DNA of 63,267 bases. Source: Myxococcales bacterium. GTDB taxonomy: Bacteria; Myxococcota; Myxococcia; Myxococcales; 40CM-4-68-19. Location: positions 1 to 63,267 of the forward strand of contig DATDMU010000186.1 of assembly GCA_036518615.1 (NCBI GenBank), given 5' to 3'. Shown in pieces: positions 7,824 through 17,298 of the stretch (positions are counted from its first letter, which is position 1; each line of letters opens with the position of its first letter). Both the position numbers and the translations under genes were made by a program. A model generated the notes under the pieces. It did no database searches. It was given only the letters and a program-made list of their open reading frames with translations, and had not been told where the DNA came from.

Positions 7824-9962
7824 TCACCGGCGCAGCACGACGACCGCGTTGTCGGCGAAGTCCGCGAGGAAGAGCGCTCCGGCGTTGGGCGCTCCCGGCG
7901 GCGCCAGCGCGATGGACACCGGCGCTTCCAGGGAGGCGGGAAGCGGCCCGGGCCTGACCGCCTCGACGCCGGCGGTCCCTGCCAGGACGGCGGCGTTGCC
8001 GCCGGCGGGGATGACGGTCACCTTCCCGGGAAAGGTCCGCGTGACGTAGAGGGTGCCCGCGGCGTCGGCGGCGAGCGACGCGAAGGGAACCGAATCGATC
8101 GGAATCACGGAAGCGAGCGCTCCACCGGACCAGCGCTCGATGCGCGACTGCCCGGCGAGGATGTACACGTCGCCGCCGGAGACCGCCACGGCCTGCGGCG
8201 GATCCGAGAGCAGCGCGAACGTCTTCACCTGACCGCCGGCGATCTTGCGGACGCGCAGATTCTCCGCATCCGCGACGTAGACGGTGGCGCCGTCATAGGC
8301 GAGCGCTCCGCCGGCGAAACCCTGGGTCACCTGCTCGGAAGAGACGGCGAATTTCCCGAAGCGGGCGGACAGCGGGGGCACGTCGTCGACGAATCCGGCG
8401 ACCCCATCGCCGGCGAAGACGGTGACCTTCCCGGCCGGCGAGACGGCGCGAATGGTCGCGTCCGCGCAGGACACCAGGAGATCTCCCCCAGGACCGACCA
8501 CCAGGTGCGTGGGAGAGGTGACGTTCGCCAGGGTGGAGAGGAATCCGCCGGGCGTCGCGCGGACGATGCGCCCTCCCATCTCCGCCACGTACACCGAGCC
8601 GTCGGGGCCCACCGCGACCGCCGCGGGGAATCGCAGCCGGGTGGCGACGCCGGGGCCGTCGATTTCGCCGGAGCCGGAGGGGATGCCGGCGAGGGTGGTG
8701 ACGGTGCTCCCCGCCGCGTCGAGCTTGCGCAACAGACCGTCCGAATTGTCCACCATCCAGAGCGCCCCGGCCTCGTCGAGGGCGAGGGCTTGCGCGGCGC
8801 CGAGCGTCGCCTTCGAGACCGCGCCGTCCTCGTGCCCCTGCTGGTTCGGGATTCCCGCGATGAGGTGGAGCCCGCTGCCGTCGTACCGCGAAACCGTCGA
8901 CTTGCCGAAATCGGCCACCAGCAATTGGCCGTCCGGCCGCGCGACGATGCCTTCCGGCATGCAGAGGAGCGCCGAACCACAGGGCGCGCCCGGCCACGGC
9001 GTCGCGGTGCTGAAGAACGGAGTCACGGTGCCGCTCCCCACCGTCGCCAGCACCGCCTGGCGAGGCGCCGTCGCGGTGATGCCCGCGATCGCGATGCTGC
9101 CGTCGGCCAGCGCCGCGATGCCCTGGATGTCCCAGCCCTCGACCTGGCCGGCCGCCCCGAGCGCCCGTCCGATCGAGCCGTCGAGGTTCACCTCGGTGAC
9201 CTCTCCATGGTCGTGCACCGCCGCCAGCCGGCCCGCGCCAAAGGCAAGCCCGTCGATCGGCGTGCCCAGCGTGGCGAGCAGCGTGACCGTTCCCTGCGCG
9301 TCGACCTTGCAGATGGTGCCGTTGTCTCCCGACACATAGAGCAGGCCCGAGGCGTCGCGGGCGATGCCGGTGACCCCGGGGAGGCCGGCGCCGGGCCCCT
9401 GTCCCGTGCAGTTGGCCGGCGAACCGGTCGGAAGGCCGGCCACCGTCCGCAGCTCGCCTCCGCTCCAGTGCCGGACGCTGCGATAATCCGCCAGATACAC
9501 GCCGCCGTCGCCGTCGCTGACCAGGCCGTGCGGAGCCAGGAGGCGCGCCTCGGGTCCGGGTCCGTCGGCAAATCCAAGCCCACCCGGGCTTCCCGCGAAC
9601 ACTTCCAACCCCGTGTCCGCGACCGTGACCGAGACGGTGGTGGAGGCGTCGGCGTCGCTGGCGGTGATCGAGACGGTCCCCGGCGCGGACGCAGTCCAGC
9701 TCATCGTGGCTCCCTGGGTCGCCGAGGTGATCTGGCCGCCCGAGATCGTCCACGCGACCGGACGATCCGCAAGTGCCGTCGCGCCGGGAATATTGGTCAA
9801 TGCGAACGATTGCGCCCGTATCACCGGCGGGGTCGCCGCATCCGGCGGCGCCGATATGACCGGCGGGACACCGGCGTCGCCTCCGCCCGTGGGACCGCCG
9901 GAGTTGCCGCAACCTGCGAGCAGGAGCGCGACGATCGAGACGAGTCCCCGACGATGGTCCAT
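7824..9962 (-). CDS. NHL-repeat beta-propeller lipoprotein with N-terminal Ig-like domain
   Basis: ATG 9962 gives MDHRRGLVSIVALLLAGC (lipobox). Ig-like segment VAWTISGGQITS..GTVSITASDADASTTVSVTV. Then many blades of the type P.G...D..G..YVAD (GVYLADY, LLYVSGD, LLVADFG, LWMVDNS, VYVAEMG, VYVADAE, LYVTRT, LFLADFA). Confidence 0.8.
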   Translation of the reverse strand: MDHRRGLVSIVALLLAGCGNSGGPTGGGDAGVPPVISAPPDAATPPVIRAQSFALTNIPGATALADRPVAWTISGGQITSATQGATMSWTASAPGTVSITASDADASTTVSVTVADTGLEVFAGSPGGLGFADGPGPEARLLAPHGLVSDGDGGVYLADYRSVRHWSGGELRTVAGLPTGSPANCTGQGPGAGLPGVTGIARDASGLLYVSGDNGTICKVDAQGTVTLLATLGTPIDGLAFGAGRLAAVHDHGEVTEVNLDGSIGRALGAAGQVEGWDIQGIAALADGSIAIAGITATAPRQAVLATVGSGTVTPFFSTATPWPGAPCGSALLCMPEGIVARPDGQLLVADFGKSTVSRYDGSGLHLIAGIPNQQGHEDGAVSKATLGAAQALALDEAGALWMVDNSDGLLRKLDAAGSTVTTLAGIPSGSGEIDGPGVATRLRFPAAVAVGPDGSVYVAEMGGRIVRATPGGFLSTLANVTSPTHLVVGPGGDLLVSCADATIRAVSPAGKVTVFAGDGVAGFVDDVPPLSARFGKFAVSSEQVTQGFAGGALAYDGATVYVADAENLRVRKIAGGQVKTFALLSDPPQAVAVSGGDVYILAGQSRIERWSGGALASVIPIDSVPFASLAADAAGTLYVTRTFPGKVTVIPAGGNAAVLAGTAGVEAVRPGPLPASLEAPVSIALAPPGAPNAGALFLADFADNAVVVLRR

Positions 9963-10137
9963 TGGCACCCCCCGGAAATGCGGATTGCGCATCATCGAAG
10001 ATGGCATTGCCCGGGTCAATCGCGCCGCTGGTCATCCTCGGCGCGAGAGGCGGAAGTGACCGCTCGAACCGTCTGGAATCGCACGGATGGACCGGCGCCG
10101 GACTGCCGCGCGAAGCCGCGCGTCGCAGCTTCGCCAG

Positions 10138-10617
10138 ATGCGATGGATTGTCGCAGTCGCCCTGGTGCCCGCCGCTCTCGCCAACCCGCCGGTGCACGCG
10201 CCGGATCGACTCGACCGCTGCCTCTTGTTCAAGCCCGGCGCCGACGCCGTGCCGGCGCAGACCTGCGTCTCCTGCCACAGGGGAGACACGCCGGGCAATC
10301 ATCCCGTTGGCGTCAACTACGCTGCGGCGCAGGCGGGCAGCGACGGCCTTCGCCCCGCGGCCGAGGTGATCCGCCGCGGCGTCCATCTGCCGGACGGCGA
10401 GGTGCGCTGCACCACCTGCCACGACGGCAACTCGCCCTGGAAGCACCGGATCGCGCTGCCTCCGGGGACGAAACCGGCTCCGGCGGTCAATCCGCTGGAC
10501 CCGAAGACGTACGACGAGGCCGAGAAGCTGAAGGCGCCGCCGATGCCGTCGCCGCTGCCGCCGGAGACCGAGGTCTCGCCCAAGCCGCTCTGCCTCGCCT
10601 GCCACATGATGGATTAG
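10138..10617 (+). CDS. Periplasmic triheme c-type cytochrome
   Basis: Three CXXCH motifs (CVSCH, CTTCH, CLACH). Signal peptide MRWIVAVALVPAALA from ATG 10138; the track ORF opens at 10087. Confidence 0.7.
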   Translation: MRWIVAVALVPAALANPPVHAPDRLDRCLLFKPGADAVPAQTCVSCHRGDTPGNHPVGVNYAAAQAGSDGLRPAAEVIRRGVHLPDGEVRCTTCHDGNSPWKHRIALPPGTKPAPAVNPLDPKTYDEAEKLKAPPMPSPLPPETEVSPKPLCLACHMMD

Positions 10618-10642
10618 GCGAACCTGCGGGGCGTGCGACCGC

Positions 10643-11053
10643 TCATTTCCGCGGGACGAGGCGCTCCATGAGGAAGCGCCGGTACGGCGCCAGCGAGCAC
10701 TCGTTCTCGCAGAGCTCGAGGTCCTCGATGTTCGTGCAGTGCCCTCCGCAAGCCTCGGTCCCTGCGAGGCACGTCTCCGGAATCTTCTCCGAGATCTGGT
10801 CGCGGAACGTCTCGACCGGCAGCCCGAACGTGGTCCGGCACGCCCAGCGCGTGTGCGTGAAGCAGTAGACCGTCGAGGCCACCGAGTCGCCGTCCAGGTT
10901 GAGCATCCCGATGGGCGTGAGCGCCCGCAGGTGGAGCAGGTCGTCCCGGGTGAAGCGCGCGCCGCACGAGCACTGCTTTGCGCATTCCGGCGCGTCGGAG
11001 CGCTGGCGTGAGCGCGCCTTGCTGGTCGAACGGGAGGCGCCGGTCTTCTTCAT
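10643..11053 (-). CDS. Cys-rich hypothetical protein (136 aa)
   Basis: ATG start, GC3-rich codons, basic N-terminus, 11 Cys (ECAKQCSCG, YCFTHTRWAC, ETCLAGTEACGGHCTN, LCENEC). No SD seen and no family recognised. Confidence 0.45.
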   Translation of the reverse strand: MKKTGASRSTSKARSRQRSDAPECAKQCSCGARFTRDDLLHLRALTPIGMLNLDGDSVASTVYCFTHTRWACRTTFGLPVETFRDQISEKIPETCLAGTEACGGHCTNIEDLELCENECSLAPYRRFLMERLVPRK

Positions 11054-11256
11054 GGGGGCGGGGCGATGCTCCCAACATCCGGACGGCGTGGAAATGTGGC
11101 GCTTGGCCGCAGACCAATCGCGGGCGCGGCTTCTGTCTGCCGGTGGATGGGCCGCGACGGGGCGCTACCCGCGCCGGTTCCAGCGCTGCTACAATCGTTC
11201 AAACCGCAAAACATCCCGATGAAATGTCCTGACCCTGCCCACGCCGAGTCCCGCCG

Positions 11257-14200
11257 ATGATGTGGCTGGTGCGCATGGCGCTCAAGCGCCCGTACACCTT
11301 CGTGGTGATGTCGATGCTGATCGTCATCGTCGGCGTCCTCACCATCGCGCGGATGCCCACCGACATCTTTCCCGACATCGACATCCCGGTGATCTCCGTC
11401 ATCTTCCACTACTCGGGCCTCGCGCCCGAGGACATGGAAAAGCGGATGGTCAACAACTTCGAGCGGGGGCTGACCACCACCGTCAACGACATCGAGCACA
11501 TCGAGAGCCAGTCGCTCACCGGCGTGTCGGTGGTGAAGGTCTTCTTCCAGCCCGGCGCGAAGATCGAGGCGGCCACCGCCCAGGTGACCGCCATCTCGCA
11601 GGCCGCCATCCGCTCGATGCCGCCCGGCACCACCCCGCCGTTCATCATCCGCTACAGCGCTTCCAGCGTGCCGATCCTGCAGGTCGCGCTGCAGAGCGAC
11701 TCGCTGAGCGAGCAGCAGCTCTTCGACTACGGCATCAACTTCATCCGCTCCGACATGGCGACCATCCCGGGCGTGCAGATCCCCTACCCGTACGGGGGCA
11801 AGCAGCGCCTGATCATGATCGACATCGACCCCCAGCGGCTCTTCGCCTGGGGGCTGTCTCCGAGCGACGTGAACAGCGCGCTCGGGCAGCAGAACGTGAT
11901 CGTCCCCACCGGCAGCGCCAAGATCGGCGCCAACGAGTACCCCATCGTCCTCAACGCCAGCCCGGATCTGCTGGCGGAGATCGAGGCGCTTCCGGTCAAG
12001 GTGGTGCGCGGCACCACCGTCTACGTCCGCGACGTGGCCCACGTCCGCGACGGCTATTCGCCGCAGACCAACATGGTCCACGTCGAGGGCCACCGCTCCG
12101 TCCTGATGTCCATCCTCAAGCAGGGCAGCGCCAGCACCCTCGACGTGGTGCGCCGGGTGCGCGACGTGCTCCCCGTGACGCTGTTGCGGCTCCCCAAGGA
12201 GCTGAAGGTGGCGCTGCTCTTCGATCAGTCGCTGTTCGTGCGCGCGTCCATCGAGGGCGTGGTCCGCGAGGCGCTGATCGCGGCGGGCCTCACCGCCATG
12301 ATGCTGCTCGTCTTCCTCGGAAGCTGGCGCAGCACGCTCATCGTCCTCGTCTCCATCCCGCTCTCCATCCTCGTCTCCATCATCGCGCTCTCCTTTCTCG
12401 GAGAGACGCTCAACGTGATGACCCTGGGCGGCATGGCGCTGGCGGTGGGCATCCTGGTGGACGATGCCACCGTGGAGATCGAGAACGTCCACCGCAACAT
12501 GGCGCAGAAGAAGCCCATACTCCGCGCCATCCTCGACGGAGCATCGGAAATCGCGACGCCCGCGCTCGTCTCCACGCTCTGCATCTGCATCGTCTTCGTG
12601 CCGGTGGTGTTCATCAGCGGGTCGGCGAAGTCGCTGTTCGTGCCCCTGGCGATGTCGGTGGTCTTCGCCATGCTCACTTCCTATTTCCTCTCCCGCACGC
12701 TGGTCCCGACCATGATGCGGTATCTCCTCTCGGGCGAGGCGGCTCGCCACGCCGCGGGACACGACCCTGCTCCCAGCTGGCTCGGCGCGCGCTTCATCGC
12801 CGCCTTCGAGCGCGGCTTTGCCCGGATGCGCATGGCCTACGGCTCGCTCCTCGCCTCCACGCTGCAGCACCGGCGCAACCTCGTCGGCGGCTTCAGCCTC
12901 TTCGTCGCCGCCTCGCTGCTGCTCCTGCCGCTGGTCGGGCGCGACTTCTTTCCCACCGTGGACGCGGGCCTGATCAAGCTGCACGTGCGCGGCGTCCCGG
13001 GAACCCGGATCGAGGAGACCGAGCGCAAGTTCGTCCAGATCGAGGACGCCATCCGGCAGGTGATTCCCCCCGCGGAGATCGAAAACCTGCTCGACAACAT
13101 CGGCATCCCCTACAGCGGCCTCAACCTCTCCCTGAGCGAGGGTGCGCTCATCTCCGCGGCCGACGGCGAGATCTTCATCTCGCTCAAGAAGGACCACCGG
13201 CCCACCGCCGGCTACGTGCGAGAGCTGCGCGCCACGCTGGCGGAGCGGTTCCCCGAGCAGACCTTCTTCTTCCTCGCGCCCGACATCTCGACGCAGGTGC
13301 TGAACTTCGGCCTGCCCGCGCCCATCGACGTGCAGGTGACGGGCGCGGTGGGCAACGAGCAGGCCACCTACGAGGTGGCGAAGGAGATCGCCCGCGGCGT
13401 GCTCTCGATTCCCGGCGCCGCCGACGTGCACCTCGCGCAGGTGCCCCGGCAGCCGGAGCTGCGCATCGACGTGAACCGCACCATGGCGGGCGAGGTCGGC
13501 CTCACCGAGCGCGACGTGGCCGGCGACCTCCTGGTGGCGCTGGCCTCCAGCTCCATCGTGGCGCCGACCTACTGGCTGGACAAGCGCGGCGTGCAGTACC
13601 TGGTGGCGGTGCAGACGCCCCAGCACGAGATCGATTCCATCGACGCGATGAACACGCTGCCGGTCTCCAACGGCAACGGCAAGCCGCAGCTGCTCTCCAA
13701 CCTGGCCTCCATCTCGCGCACCGAAGGCCCGGTGAACATCACCCACTACGACATCCGCCGCACCTACGACGTGCAGGCCAACGTGGACGGCACCGACCTG
13801 GGCTCGGTGACCGGCAAGGTGGAGGAGCTGGTGAACAAGCTCAAGCCCGGCATGCCGCGCGGGACCACCGTCCGCATCAAGGGCCAGGCCGAGAGCATGC
13901 AGTCCTCGTTCCGCGGCCTCGGCTTCGGCCTCTTCTTCGCCATCCTGCTCGTCTACCTGCTCATGGTGGTGAACTTCCAGTCCTGGCTCGACCCGCTGGT
14001 GATCCTGATGGCGCTGCCCGGCGCGCTCGCCGGCATCGCCTGGATCCTCTTCCTCTCCCACACCACGCTGAGCGTGCCGGCCCTGATGGGATCGATCATG
14101 TGCGTGGGCGTGGCCACGGCGAACAGCATCCTGGTGGTGACCTTCGCCAACGACATGCGCGAGAAAGGCATGGATGCCACCCGCGCCGCGCTGGCTGCGG

Positions 14201-14433
14201 GCATGACCCGGCTGCGCCCGGTGATCATGACCGCGCTGGCGATGATCCTCGGCATGCTGCCCATGTCGCTCGGCCTGGGCGAAGGCGGTGAGCAGAACGC
14301 GCCGCTCGGACGCGCGGTGATCGGTGGACTGGCGCTCGCGACCGTGACCACCCTGTTCTTCGTGCCGGTCATGTACAGCATCCTGCGGCGCAAGCCGCCC
14401 GCCCCGGTCGATCCGGAGCTGGAGGCGGCGTGA
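11257..14433 (+). CDS. RND efflux transporter permease (AcrB/HAE-type)
   Basis: 1058-aa ORF with typical N-terminus WLVRMALKRPYTFVVMSMLIVIVGVLTIARMPTDIFPDIDIPVISV and 12-TM/two-large-loop layout. Motifs: ALAVGILVDDATVEIEN, MGSIMCVGVATANSILV. Confidence 0.93.
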   Translation: MMWLVRMALKRPYTFVVMSMLIVIVGVLTIARMPTDIFPDIDIPVISVIFHYSGLAPEDMEKRMVNNFERGLTTTVNDIEHIESQSLTGVSVVKVFFQPGAKIEAATAQVTAISQAAIRSMPPGTTPPFIIRYSASSVPILQVALQSDSLSEQQLFDYGINFIRSDMATIPGVQIPYPYGGKQRLIMIDIDPQRLFAWGLSPSDVNSALGQQNVIVPTGSAKIGANEYPIVLNASPDLLAEIEALPVKVVRGTTVYVRDVAHVRDGYSPQTNMVHVEGHRSVLMSILKQGSASTLDVVRRVRDVLPVTLLRLPKELKVALLFDQSLFVRASIEGVVREALIAAGLTAMMLLVFLGSWRSTLIVLVSIPLSILVSIIALSFLGETLNVMTLGGMALAVGILVDDATVEIENVHRNMAQKKPILRAILDGASEIATPALVSTLCICIVFVPVVFISGSAKSLFVPLAMSVVFAMLTSYFLSRTLVPTMMRYLLSGEAARHAAGHDPAPSWLGARFIAAFERGFARMRMAYGSLLASTLQHRRNLVGGFSLFVAASLLLLPLVGRDFFPTVDAGLIKLHVRGVPGTRIEETERKFVQIEDAIRQVIPPAEIENLLDNIGIPYSGLNLSLSEGALISAADGEIFISLKKDHRPTAGYVRELRATLAERFPEQTFFFLAPDISTQVLNFGLPAPIDVQVTGAVGNEQATYEVAKEIARGVLSIPGAADVHLAQVPRQPELRIDVNRTMAGEVGLTERDVAGDLLVALASSSIVAPTYWLDKRGVQYLVAVQTPQHEIDSIDAMNTLPVSNGNGKPQLLSNLASISRTEGPVNITHYDIRRTYDVQANVDGTDLGSVTGKVEELVNKLKPGMPRGTTVRIKGQAESMQSSFRGLGFGLFFAILLVYLLMVVNFQSWLDPLVILMALPGALAGIAWILFLSHTTLSVPALMGSIMCVGVATANSILVVTFANDMREKGMDATRAALAAGMTRLRPVIMTALAMILGMLPMSLGLGEGGEQNAPLGRAVIGGLALATVTTLFFVPVMYSILRRKPPAPVDPELEAA

Positions 14434-15719
14434 GCGCGCCCACCGGGAGCACCCGCGGCACCGGCGGCGAACCGCACCTCGGCTTCACCCTGCCCGCCGC
14501 CCGCCCGATCGCGAAGAAGCGGGTCGCGCTGGCGGCGCTCCTCGCGCTCGCGATCCTGGGTCTCGCCTTCGTGGTCGGCTACCTGCCGCGGCTGCAGAAG
14601 CGCGCCGCTCTCGCCGCGTCGGTCGAGATGAGCCGCCGCGCGCTGCCGCGCGTGGAGACCATCTCCCCCCGGCCCGGGGCCAGCGACCGCGCCCTCGCGC
14701 TTCCCGGGACGGTGCAGCCGCTGCAGGCCACCCTGCTCTTCGCTCGCGCCAGCGGCTTCGTCCGCGCCTGGTACGCCGACATCGGCGACCGGGTGAAGGC
14801 GGGCCAGGTGCTCGCCGACATCGAGACGCCCGAGCTCGACCAGGAGCTGTCGCAGGGCCAGGCCCAGTTGCAGCAGGCGCGGGCCTCGCTGACGCAGGCG
14901 CAGGCGAATCGCAACCTCGCCAGGGCGAACCTTTCCCGCGCGCGGCGGCTGGCACCTTCCGGGATCGTCTCCCGCGCGGACCTGGAGCAGAGCGAGGCGC
15001 AGGCGGAGGTGGGCGAGGCCAACGTCAAAGTCGCCGAGGCGAACGTCGCCGCGCAGCAGGCGAACATCCGCAGGCTCACCCAGCTCAAGGCCTTCTCGCA
15101 CGTGACCGCCCCGTTTGCCGGCACCGTCACCCAGCGGATGGTCGAGGTCGGAGCGCTGGTGACCGCGGGCAACGGCCAGCCGCTCTTCCGGCTGGCGGCG
15201 ATGGATCCGGCCCGCGTCTTCGTGCAGATCCCGCAGGACGTCGCGCCCTCGGTGCGCGCCGGCGTGTCCGGCAACGTGACGGTGCGCGAGTATCCCGGCA
15301 GGAGCTTCGCGGGCACCGTGATGCGCGCCGCCGGCGAGCTGGACACGGCGACGCGCACGATGAACACCGAGATCCGCGTGCCCAACGGGGAAGGCGCGCT
15401 CCTGCCCGGGATGTACGCCCAGGTCGCGCTCACGCTGCCCTCGCCCCATCGGGTCCTCGAGATCCCCGCCACCGCGCTGCTCAACGACTCGCGCGGCCAG
15501 CGCGTGGCGGTGGTGGACGCGCAGCGCCGGCTGCATCTCGTCCCGGTGGTGGTCGAGCGCGACGACGGCGCCACCCTCGCCATCTCCAGCGGCCTGTCGG
15601 GCGGCGAGAAGGTGGTGAAGATCGGCAGCGCCGCGTTTACCGAGGGCATGGAAGTCGAGGTCGCCAGCCCATCGGGCGAGTCGCAGCCCGGCAAGCGCCC
15701 GTCCCCCGGACCGCACTGA
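14430..15719 (+). CDS. RND efflux periplasmic adaptor (membrane fusion protein)
   Basis: 4-nt overlap with the pump stop. TM anchor, biotinyl-lipoyl-like GFVRAWYADIGDRVKAGQVLADIETPELD, coiled-coil QAQLQQARASL..EANVKVAEANVAAQQANI, VTAPFAGTVTQR. Confidence 0.88.
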   Translation: MSAPTGSTRGTGGEPHLGFTLPAARPIAKKRVALAALLALAILGLAFVVGYLPRLQKRAALAASVEMSRRALPRVETISPRPGASDRALALPGTVQPLQATLLFARASGFVRAWYADIGDRVKAGQVLADIETPELDQELSQGQAQLQQARASLTQAQANRNLARANLSRARRLAPSGIVSRADLEQSEAQAEVGEANVKVAEANVAAQQANIRRLTQLKAFSHVTAPFAGTVTQRMVEVGALVTAGNGQPLFRLAAMDPARVFVQIPQDVAPSVRAGVSGNVTVREYPGRSFAGTVMRAAGELDTATRTMNTEIRVPNGEGALLPGMYAQVALTLPSPHRVLEIPATALLNDSRGQRVAVVDAQRRLHLVPVVVERDDGATLAISSGLSGGEKVVKIGSAAFTEGMEVEVASPSGESQPGKRPSPGPH

Positions 15720-16028
15720 CCCGGCGTACGTGCTTTTGCGCAGCTTTTGCGTCGCGGCGCAGCGGCTGCACCCCGAAACGCGATAAATGCGGCTTCAACC
15801 CGGAATTTGCGTTGGCACGCGCGACGCATTGTCGCGCTGCATGGCCATCGACGGCGTCATCACCAGCAGGGATGTCATCCGGCACACGCTGACGATCGTC
15901 CGCGAATTCGGCCCCCGCGCGTACCTGCGCTGCTGCGCCGCCATGCTCAGGGGCCGCAGGACCACCTTCCTCTCCTGCGTCTTCGCCTTCTGAAAGACCG
16001 CTCGCGGCCGCTCATGTAGGCTGCGGCG

Positions 16029-16709
16029 ATGGTCCCCATCCTCGCCCTGCTGCTCGCCGCCTCTCCCGCACATCCCGCCGAGAAGCTCGACGCGCTGCTC
16101 GCGCGCATCGCCCGCGCCTACGGCGGCGAGCGGGCGCTCGCCCGCCTGAGGACGTACCGCGAGACCGGCACGCTGGAGTCGCAGCGCGGAGTGGCGAGGA
16201 CCGTGCGGCTGTTCTCTCCGCCCGACCGGCTGCGGGTGGAGATCGTCTACCCGGACGGCAGCGGCGAGGCGCGGGTCATCGACGGGCAGACCGGATGGCG
16301 CAACGGCGAGCCGGTCGAAGGCCCGCCGCGCGACGCCATGGTGCTGCAGGCGGCGCGGCTCGATCTGCCCGGCCTTCTCCTGCGCAACCGCAGGCGGCTG
16401 ATCGACCTGGGCGGCGTGCAGCGCGAGGGCAGGACGCTGCGCGGCGTGGGCGTGCCGCTGTCGCAGAGCCTGACCCTGGCGGTCACCGTGGACCCGAAGA
16501 CCGCCCTCATCGTCCACTCGGAAGGCGCGCTTCCCGGACCGGGAGGGCAGATCCGATTCGCCACCGACTACTCCGATTTCCGCGCCGTGGGCGGCGTCCT
16601 CTTCGCCTTCCACGAGGCGAACTTCGCCTCCGGGCAAAGGACGGGAGAGACCCGGCTGGAGAAGATCGAGCTGCTCGCCTCGGCCCCTGCCGGCGCCTTC
16701 CGGCCCTGA
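16029..16709 (+). CDS. Secreted hypothetical protein (LolA-like / lipoprotein-sorting fold suspected)
   Basis: Signal peptide MVPILALLLAASPAHPA. Beta-rich sequence with GC3-rich codons. Assignment is from general resemblance only. Confidence 0.5.
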   Translation: MVPILALLLAASPAHPAEKLDALLARIARAYGGERALARLRTYRETGTLESQRGVARTVRLFSPPDRLRVEIVYPDGSGEARVIDGQTGWRNGEPVEGPPRDAMVLQAARLDLPGLLLRNRRRLIDLGGVQREGRTLRGVGVPLSQSLTLAVTVDPKTALIVHSEGALPGPGGQIRFATDYSDFRAVGGVLFAFHEANFASGQRTGETRLEKIELLASAPAGAFRP

Positions 16710-16717
16710 GCGCGCGC

Positions 16718-17254
16718 ATGAAACCGATCGCTTTCGATGCGTCCACGGCGGAGTGCCTGGTGTTCACCTGCAAGGCTGGCCTGCTCGCGGGCGTCGCCCA
16801 CGACCTCAAGCTGCGGGTGGAGCGATTCGACATCGCCGTGGACGAGGCAGGCATTCGCGCGCGCTTCGATGCCAGCTCGCTCCGCGTGGTCTGCGCGCAG
16901 GCCGGCGGAAGAGACGACCCCCGCGCGCTCTCCGACCGGGACCGCCGCGAGATCGAGGCGACCATCGCCCGCGAGGTCCTCGACGCGCGCGCGCATCCGG
17001 CCATCGAGTTCCGATCGAAGCCGGTCGCGCCTTCCGCCGAGCCGGAGATCGAGGGGACGCTCAGGATCCGCGGGCGCGAGCAGCCGCTCGCGGTCAGGCC
17101 GCGCCGCGACGGCGACCGCGCGGTGATCGAGGTCACGCTCGATCAAACCGCCTTCGGCATCCGCCCCTACACCGCGATGCTCGGCGCGCTGCGCATCCGC
17201 CCCGAGGTGCGGGTGCGGCTCACCACGCCGTGGCCCGAGGCTCACGACGCATGA
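16718..17254 (+). CDS. YceI-like domain protein
   Basis: ATG 16718, 9 nt after the upstream stop. Pattern DASSLRV...SDRDRREIEATIAREVLDARAHPAIEFRS....IEGTLRIRGREQPL...VTLDQTAFGIRPY matches the YceI-like layout. No signal peptide. Confidence 0.65.
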   Translation: MKPIAFDASTAECLVFTCKAGLLAGVAHDLKLRVERFDIAVDEAGIRARFDASSLRVVCAQAGGRDDPRALSDRDRREIEATIAREVLDARAHPAIEFRSKPVAPSAEPEIEGTLRIRGREQPLAVRPRRDGDRAVIEVTLDQTAFGIRPYTAMLGALRIRPEVRVRLTTPWPEAHDA

Positions 17255-17298
17255 GCAGGCCCTCTTCGGCACCGGGCATCCCGCATCCCGCGCCACCC

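Noticed and set aside
7728-10868. 1046-aa plus-strand and 770-aa minus-strand (8293..10605) ORFs over the NHL gene
   Set aside because: They are shadow frames. The NHL-repeat frame 7824..9962 has a lipobox and regular propeller blades, and these have neither.
11050-14291. 1003-aa minus-strand and 1009-aa plus-strand ORFs overlapping the RND pump
   Set aside because: Frame 11257..14433 gives an unmistakable AcrB-type protein. The other two frames are low-complexity R/G/H/D- or R/P/A-rich.
15841-15993. Possible 50-aa ORF (MAIDGVITSRDVIRHTLTIVREFGPRAYLRCCAAMLRGRRTTFLSCVFAF) in the 300-bp gap after the RND adaptor
   Set aside because: GC3 is high, but there is no SD, no recognisable family, and high-GC DNA produces such ORFs by chance. 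It cannot be supported without homology or expression data.
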